A stretch of 32,000 bases of DNA from Pseudoalteromonas tetraodonis (GTDB lineage Bacteria > Pseudomonadota > Gammaproteobacteria > Enterobacterales > Alteromonadaceae), in NCBI RefSeq assembly GCF_002310835.1, contig NZ_CP011041.1, forward strand, positions 2,790,001-2,822,000. Reading direction: 5' to 3'. The position numbers were made by a program, and so were the translations under genes. This document shows positions 26,791-32,000 of this stretch, piece by piece (position 1 is the stretch's first letter; every line of letters begins with the position of its first letter). The notes beneath the pieces were generated by a model. That model was not told the origin of the DNA. It searched no databases and was given only the letters and a program-made list of their open reading frames with translations.

Positions 26791-27503
26791 TATTTCTCTC
26801 TCACTTGAGCATCTAATTCTGTTATTTTAGCAGCCATAATACTGTGCACACTTTTAGCATGTTCACGGGCACTGATACTGTTATCAAGTGCTATGGGGGC
26901 TAACATTTCAATGTAAATTGTACCATTATCCCAGCGATTTAGTTTAATGGTTTTATCGGTTGTGTTCATACATACTGGCACAACAGGCACCTCTGCACTC
27001 ATTGCGGTATGAAATGCACCGGTTTTAAAGGGGAGTAAACCACGACCATAACTACGCGTCCCCTCAGGGAACATCCACACCGATAAGCCTTTTTGTTTTA
27101 TTTTAGCCGCTGCTTTTGAGATTGTGCCAGCAGCTTTTGAACGATTTGAACGGTCGATTAAAATATTACCCGACAACCAATAAAGCTGCCCAAAAAATGG
27201 GATCCATTTAAGACTTTTTTTGCCAACGCTCACACAATTTTTTGGTACCATGGCTGGAATAGTAAATAAATCGTAGCTATTTTGATGATTCGCTACATAC
27301 ACAGCAGGCCCCACCTTAAGCGCATCGGGATGATATTTTAGTTCTAATTTAACCCCAAGCATTTTAGCCATTGAGCCAAACCAACTTGCAATAACATGCA
27401 CATTATTAGGATGAAATGGTCTAAATATTGATAACAACAAACCAAAAAAACAACTTAATAATATAAACAACAGCATTATTAAAATACGTATAACAGCTAG
27501 CAA
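26790..27503 (-). CDS. plsC: 1-acyl-sn-glycerol-3-phosphate acyltransferase PlsC
   Basis: NHQNSYD (HX4D), GKKSLKWIPFFGQLYWLSGNILIDR and FPEGTRS. The TTG start aligns exactly with the E. coli PlsC N-terminus, and a GGAGAGG Shine-Dalgarno is present. It lies downstream of parC, as in E. coli. Confidence 0.9.
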   Translation of the reverse strand: MLAVIRILIMLLFILLSCFFGLLLSIFRPFHPNNVHVIASWFGSMAKMLGVKLELKYHPDALKVGPAVYVANHQNSYDLFTIPAMVPKNCVSVGKKSLKWIPFFGQLYWLSGNILIDRSNRSKAAGTISKAAAKIKQKGLSVWMFPEGTRSYGRGLLPFKTGAFHTAMSAEVPVVPVCMNTTDKTIKLNRWDNGTIYIEMLAPIALDNSISAREHAKSVHSIMAAKITELDAQVREK

Positions 27504-27610
27504 GTGCGCCTCTCCAATATAACCACAATCATGTATTGCTTTATTATAACGTTATTTTGTTGCGCAGACGAGAAAATAGCGCACAAGCGTTCGCTGAAAT
27601 AAAACAGTCA

Positions 27611-27640
27611 TAAAAAAACGGCTTACCTAAGTAAGCCGTT
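27611..27640 (-). terminator. Rho-independent terminator of parC
   Basis: Minus strand: AACGGCTTAC-ttag-GTAAGCCGTT followed by T7. Confidence 0.8.
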
Positions 27641-27669
27641 ATCTAGTTTAGTCTAATTTTTCGAGTGTT

Positions 27670-29967
27670 TTAACTTTGCTCAGTATCTGAATTTGGCTCA
27701 TCAACTTGCTGAGGTGTTAACTCTACCACGGCTTCATCAACGCGCTGTAAACCACGAGGTAACTTGTTCCCTCTGCGGCCTCGCTCGCCATGGTAATGCT
27801 CAAGGTCGCTTGGTTTAAGCGTCAATTTACGCTTACCTGCATGCAGCGTAACACTGCTGCCTTGCGGCACAACAGCTAATACTTTTACAAACTCTTCGCG
27901 CGCTTGTACTTTAGCGCCCGGAATAGAAATAATCTTATTGCCCTTCCCTTTACCTAGCTTAGGTAAATCACGCAGTGGGAATAACAACATTCGCCCCTCG
28001 TTAGAAATTGCCATACAGTAATCACTGGCAACGTCATTAACGCGAATTGGCGAAAGTAACACACCACCTTTTGGCACACTCACTAAGGCTTTACCGTTTT
28101 TGTTTTTACTGACTAAATCTTTAAAGTCAGTAATAAAGCCATAACCGGCATCAGAAGCCATTAGCAATACTTGAGCGTCTTCACCCATAACTACGTGCTC
28201 AAAGCTTGCGCCTGAGGTTAAGTTAAAGCGCCCTGTCATAGGCTCGCCTTGGCTTCTTGCAGAAGGTAGGCTGTGGGCATCGGTCGCAAATGCACGCCCT
28301 GCTGAATCTAAAAATACCGCAGGTTGATTACTTTTACCTCGCGCTGATGCTCTATAGCCATCACCGGCACGGTAATTTAATCCTTCTACATCTAAGTCAT
28401 GACCCTTACCAACACGTGCCCAGCCTTTATCAGATAGAACAACAGTCACAGACTCTGAAGGGATTAAATCTTTTTCGCTCAGTGCTTTGGCTTCCACACG
28501 CTCAATAACAGGTGAGCGACGATCGTCACCATACATTTCTGCGGCTTCTTGAATTTCTTTTTTAAGCAACGTCGACATGCGACGGTCTGAGCCTAATGTT
28601 TGCTCTAATTTGTCACGCTCTTTGGCTAATTCGTCTTGCTCACCACGAATTTTAAACTCTTCTAGTTTTGCTAAATGGCGAAGTTTTAATTCTAAAATGG
28701 CTTCCGCTTGAATATCGGTTAACTCAAAGCGTTCCATTAATAATGGTTTAGGCTTATCTTCAGAGCGGATAATTTCTATAACTTCGTCAATATTTAAAAA
28801 GGCAGCAAGCAAGCCCTCTAAAATATGTAATCTTGCGAGTACTTTATCGAGTCGATATTGCAAACGACGACGCACTGTTTCACGTCTAAAAGTCAGCCAT
28901 TCAGTTAAAATACTACGTAAGTCTTTAACTTGTGGACGGCCATCTAAGCCCAGCATATTTAAGTTTACGCGGTAATTTTTTTCAAGATCGGTTGTTGCAA
29001 ATAAGTGCGCCATTAATGGCTCAGCTTTAATTCGGTTTGAACGCGGCACAATCACAATACGGGTTGGATTTTCGTGATCAGACTCATCACGTAAGTCAGC
29101 CACCATTGGTAACTTTTTAGCGTTCATTTGCGCTGCAATTTGCTCAAGTACTTTTGCACCCGAACATTGGTGCGGCAAAGCGGTAATGACGATATCGCCC
29201 TGCTCTTCACAATACACTGCACGCATTTTAATTGAGCCACGGCCGGTTTTATAAATTTTGTGAATATCAGCTTTAGGCGTAATTATTTCAGCATCGGTTG
29301 GGTAATCTGGCGCATGCACTAAATCCAGTAACTCTTCGAGCTCTGTTTTTGGCTTATCAAGTAATAAACAACAGGCACTGGCCACTTCACGCACATTATG
29401 CGGTGGTATATCGGTTGCCATACCCACAGCAATACCAGTTACCCCATTAAGTAATATATGCGGTAAGCGCGATGGCAACACTAAAGGCTCATCCATGGTG
29501 CCATCGAAGTTTGGCGTCCAATCAACGGTCCCTTGGCCTAATTCTTTGAGTAATACCTCAGAGAATTTAGATAAACGCGCTTCGGTATAACGCATTGCCG
29601 CAAATGACTTAGGATCATCAGCTGCACCCCAGTTACCTTGACCATCCACCAAGGGGTAGCGATAAGAGAACGGCTGCGCCATCAGTACCATGGCTTCATA
29701 ACAGGCACTATCACCATGAGGATGGTATTTACCTAATACGTCACCCACGGTACGGGCTGATTTTTTGTATTTTGCATTTGCCGATAATCCCAACTCACTC
29801 ATCGCATAGATAATACGACGTTGCACTGGTTTTAGGCCGTCACCAACGTGCGGTAAGGCACGATCCATGATCACGTACATTGAATAATTTAAATAGGCGT
29901 CTTCGGTAAAACGCCCCATTGTTTGTTGTTCAATTCCTTGCATTAGCAAGGTATCTGTATCACTCAT
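27670..29967 (-). CDS. parC: DNA topoisomerase IV subunit A
   Basis: [25 protein letters not shown] (catalytic Tyr context). 765 aa, paired with parE upstream. Confidence 0.95.
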   Translation of the reverse strand: MSDTDTLLMQGIEQQTMGRFTEDAYLNYSMYVIMDRALPHVGDGLKPVQRRIIYAMSELGLSANAKYKKSARTVGDVLGKYHPHGDSACYEAMVLMAQPFSYRYPLVDGQGNWGAADDPKSFAAMRYTEARLSKFSEVLLKELGQGTVDWTPNFDGTMDEPLVLPSRLPHILLNGVTGIAVGMATDIPPHNVREVASACCLLLDKPKTELEELLDLVHAPDYPTDAEIITPKADIHKIYKTGRGSIKMRAVYCEEQGDIVITALPHQCSGAKVLEQIAAQMNAKKLPMVADLRDESDHENPTRIVIVPRSNRIKAEPLMAHLFATTDLEKNYRVNLNMLGLDGRPQVKDLRSILTEWLTFRRETVRRRLQYRLDKVLARLHILEGLLAAFLNIDEVIEIIRSEDKPKPLLMERFELTDIQAEAILELKLRHLAKLEEFKIRGEQDELAKERDKLEQTLGSDRRMSTLLKKEIQEAAEMYGDDRRSPVIERVEAKALSEKDLIPSESVTVVLSDKGWARVGKGHDLDVEGLNYRAGDGYRASARGKSNQPAVFLDSAGRAFATDAHSLPSARSQGEPMTGRFNLTSGASFEHVVMGEDAQVLLMASDAGYGFITDFKDLVSKNKNGKALVSVPKGGVLLSPIRVNDVASDYCMAISNEGRMLLFPLRDLPKLGKGKGNKIISIPGAKVQAREEFVKVLAVVPQGSSVTLHAGKRKLTLKPSDLEHYHGERGRRGNKLPRGLQRVDEAVVELTPQQVDEPNSDTEQS

Positions 29968-29977
29968 TAAAGCTTAC

Positions 29978-31072
29978 CTAGTTTTTCTTATAGCTTACGC
30001 GGTAAATTACGTTTGCGTAATCATCGCTTACCAATAGACTGCCATCATTTAATTGTGCAAATGCAACAGGGCGTCCAAATGTCGTTTCGTCTTGCATAAA
30101 GCCGGTGATCAGTGGCGTATACTTTGTTACCTTGGCATTTTCTATAGTTGCCACTGCCACTTTATAACCGACCTTTTTAGAGCGGTTCCATGAACCGTGC
30201 TCTGCTACAAATAACTGTTGTTTATAGCTATCAGGGAACTGCTTGCCGGTATAAAAATGAATACCTAATGGCGCAACATGCGCACCTAATGCCAATGCAG
30301 GTTGAGTGTAGTCAGCAATGTTTTTGCCTTCACCAAACTCCGGATCAACAATAACGCCGCCATGCACGTATGGAAAACCAAAATGTTCTTCTTCTTTAGT
30401 GATGCGGTTTAGCTCATCGGGTGGAATATCATCCCCCATCATGTCTCGGCCATTATCGCTAAACCATAGCATTTGCGTGCTAGGGTGAAAGTCAAAGCCT
30501 ACAGTATTGCGCACACCTTTGGCTAAAGTGGTTATTTCTTTGGTGTCCGTGTTTAACGAAAAAATACGACCAAACCGAGGTTCTTCTTCGCAAATATTAC
30601 AGGGAACACCCACCGGAATAATCAGCTCGCCGTTTGGCGCAAAGCGTAAAAACTTCCAGCCATGGTGGCGCTCTGACGGTAAATCGCTATAAAACACTTC
30701 ATACTCAGGGTTTTTGAGGTGCTTATCGATATTTTTAAAACGAATAATACGGTGCACTTCACCGACATATAAGTCACCGTCTTTAATCGCTAAACCCGAG
30801 GGCATATTCAGTCCCTCTGCAATCACTATTTTTTTATCTGCAACGCCGTCGCTGTTATGATCAATCAATGCATACACATTACCCGCATTACGCGAACCTG
30901 CATACACTATACCTCGGCTTGATACTGCAATTTGCCGAGCATTTTCAACATCATCAGCAAATAAGCTTATTTCAAACCCTGGGGCAGCCGTCAGCTTGTC
31001 GAGAATATTTTTCGCCATCACTGGCGATGACATAAAGCCGACTAACAACAGTGTGCTAAATAGTCTTTTCAT
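29978..31072 (-). CDS. Periplasmic PQQ-dependent sugar (sorbosone/glucose) dehydrogenase-family beta-propeller protein
   Basis: Signal peptide MKRLFSTLLLVGFMSSPVMA. Sorbosone-dehydrogenase-like motifs (HHGWKFLRF.P.G, GVRN.VGFDFHP, WFSDNGRD..GDD.PPDELN, FGFPY..G). Strong GGAGAGG Shine-Dalgarno. Confidence 0.7.
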   Translation of the reverse strand: MKRLFSTLLLVGFMSSPVMAKNILDKLTAAPGFEISLFADDVENARQIAVSSRGIVYAGSRNAGNVYALIDHNSDGVADKKIVIAEGLNMPSGLAIKDGDLYVGEVHRIIRFKNIDKHLKNPEYEVFYSDLPSERHHGWKFLRFAPNGELIIPVGVPCNICEEEPRFGRIFSLNTDTKEITTLAKGVRNTVGFDFHPSTQMLWFSDNGRDMMGDDIPPDELNRITKEEEHFGFPYVHGGVIVDPEFGEGKNIADYTQPALALGAHVAPLGIHFYTGKQFPDSYKQQLFVAEHGSWNRSKKVGYKVAVATIENAKVTKYTPLITGFMQDETTFGRPVAFAQLNDGSLLVSDDYANVIYRVSYKKN

Positions 31073-31099
31073 TTGCCTCTCCTGTAGCCCAAAGGCTTA

Positions 31100-32000
31100 T
31101 TAAACTTGTGCTTTGTTACCGTGATCTTCAAGCCATTGGCGGCGATCTGATGAACGCTTTTTAGCAAGTAACATATCCATCATTTCCATTGTTTGCTGCT
31201 CTTCATCAAGAGTAAGCTGCACTAAACGACGGGTATTTGGATCCATGGTTGTTTCACGCAATTGTAGCGGGTTCATTTCACCCAAGCCTTTAAAGCGTTG
31301 CACGTTTACCTTACCGCGTTTTTTCTCTGCTTCTATACGCGCTAAAATGCCCGTTTTTTCATCTTCATCAAGCGCGTAATAAACATCTTTACCAATATCA
31401 ATTCTAAACAGCGGTGGCATAGCAACATACACATGCCCAGTTTTTACCAATTGTGGGAAGTGGCGCACAAATAAGGCACACAATAAAGTGGCAATGTGCA
31501 GTCCATCCGAGTCAGCATCCGCTAATATACATATTTTATTGTAACGCAGCCCTGATAAATCACTTGAATCGGGGTCAATACCCAATGCCACTGAAATATC
31601 ATGCACTTCTTGAGAGGCCAAAATTTGCCCTGATTCTACTTCCCAAGTATTTAAAATTTTACCTCTTAGTGGCATGATTGCTTGGAACTCACGATCTCGC
31701 GCTTGTTTAGCTGAGCCACCCGCTGAATCACCCTCTACTAAAAACAATTCCGTGCGGTCATTATCAGCAGCACTACAATCGGTCAGTTTGCCTGGTAATG
31801 CAGGGCCTGAAGTAACACGTTTACGAACTACTTTTTTAGCCGCGCGTAAGCGACGCTGTGCATTTGAAATACACAATTCAGAAAGTAACTCTGCAGTGTC
31901 AGTGTGCTCATTTAGCCATAAGCTAAAGGCATCTTTTACGACACCCGATACAAACGCAGCACATGAACGTGATGAGAGTTTTTCTTTGGTTTGCCCTGCA
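31100..32000 (-). CDS. parE: DNA topoisomerase IV subunit B. The C-terminal about 300 aa are present; the N-terminus lies beyond the right edge of the window.
   Basis: The frame is open from 31999 down to the stop at 31100. My translation reads AGQTKEKLSSRSCAAFVSGVVKDAFSLWLNEH..., followed by the TOPRIM region EL(F)LVEGDSAGGSAKQARDR..QA..PLRGKILN and DADSDGLHI. The internal Met at 31876 in the ORF track is not the true start. Confidence 0.93.
   Translation of the reverse strand, partial: AGQTKEKLSSRSCAAFVSGVVKDAFSLWLNEHTDTAELLSELCISNAQRRLRAAKKVVRKRVTSGPALPGKLTDCSAADNDRTELFLVEGDSAGGSAKQARDREFQAIMPLRGKILNTWEVESGQILASQEVHDISVALGIDPDSSDLSGLRYNKICILADADSDGLHIATLLCALFVRHFPQLVKTGHVYVAMPPLFRIDIGKDVYYALDEDEKTGILARIEAEKKRGKVNVQRFKGLGEMNPLQLRETTMDPNTRRLVQLTLDEEQQTMEMMDMLLAKKRSSDRRQWLEDHGNKAQV

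Noticed and set aside
1-32000. Search by eye for CRISPR arrays, tRNA/rRNA/tmRNA/SRP/6S/RNase P genes, integrases, transposases, toxin-antitoxin pairs, restriction-modification or other defence genes
   Set aside because: None was found. The 5' end of the repeat element superficially resembles the start of 4.5S RNA (GGG.CTCTGTTG), but the SRP domain IV motif is absent. All large ORFs are accounted for by housekeeping families.

Overview
The window reads as AT-rich (about 40% GC by eye) core chromosome of a marine gammaproteobacterium. It looks Alteromonadales or Pseudoalteromonas-like, but that is inference from protein similarity and gene order only. Nearly all of it is housekeeping genes in classic enterobacterial-type neighbourhoods: trmN6(yfiC)/srmB, yaaA/talB, ung, hdfR/maoP, rarD-yigI/recQ, rimK, zntB, rraB, and plsC-parC...parE. 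I saw no rRNA, tRNA, CRISPR array, integrase, transposase, phage gene or recognisable defence system, so I cannot claim a clearly novel multi-gene system here. The most interesting unexplained signal is a modular 255-280 nt non-coding element with a 10-bp terminal inverted repeat. It occurs twice in opposite orientations, at 2886-3165 and 25109-25363, and the second copy ends 53 nt upstream of zntB. Other points worth a second look are listed below.
- A cobalamin-riboswitch-led, fully stop/start-overlapped operon btuD-btuC-cobQ-cobO-btuF, with ung fused to its 3' end by an ATGA overlap.
- A rimB-like protease / rimK / AstE-AspA-like deacylase cluster.
- A partner-less single-POTRA Omp85 barrel apparently co-transcribed with a truncated MscS-like protein.
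- A periplasmic PQQ-type beta-propeller dehydrogenase wedged between parE and parC.
- A small acidic ORF tightly following recQ.
- An orphan REC-REC-GGDEF cyclase that lacks the I-site.
Many real start codons here are TTG or GTG (hdfR, plsC, btuD, the GGDEF gene, the MscS-like gene). Several ORF-track N-termini are over-extended and were trimmed.
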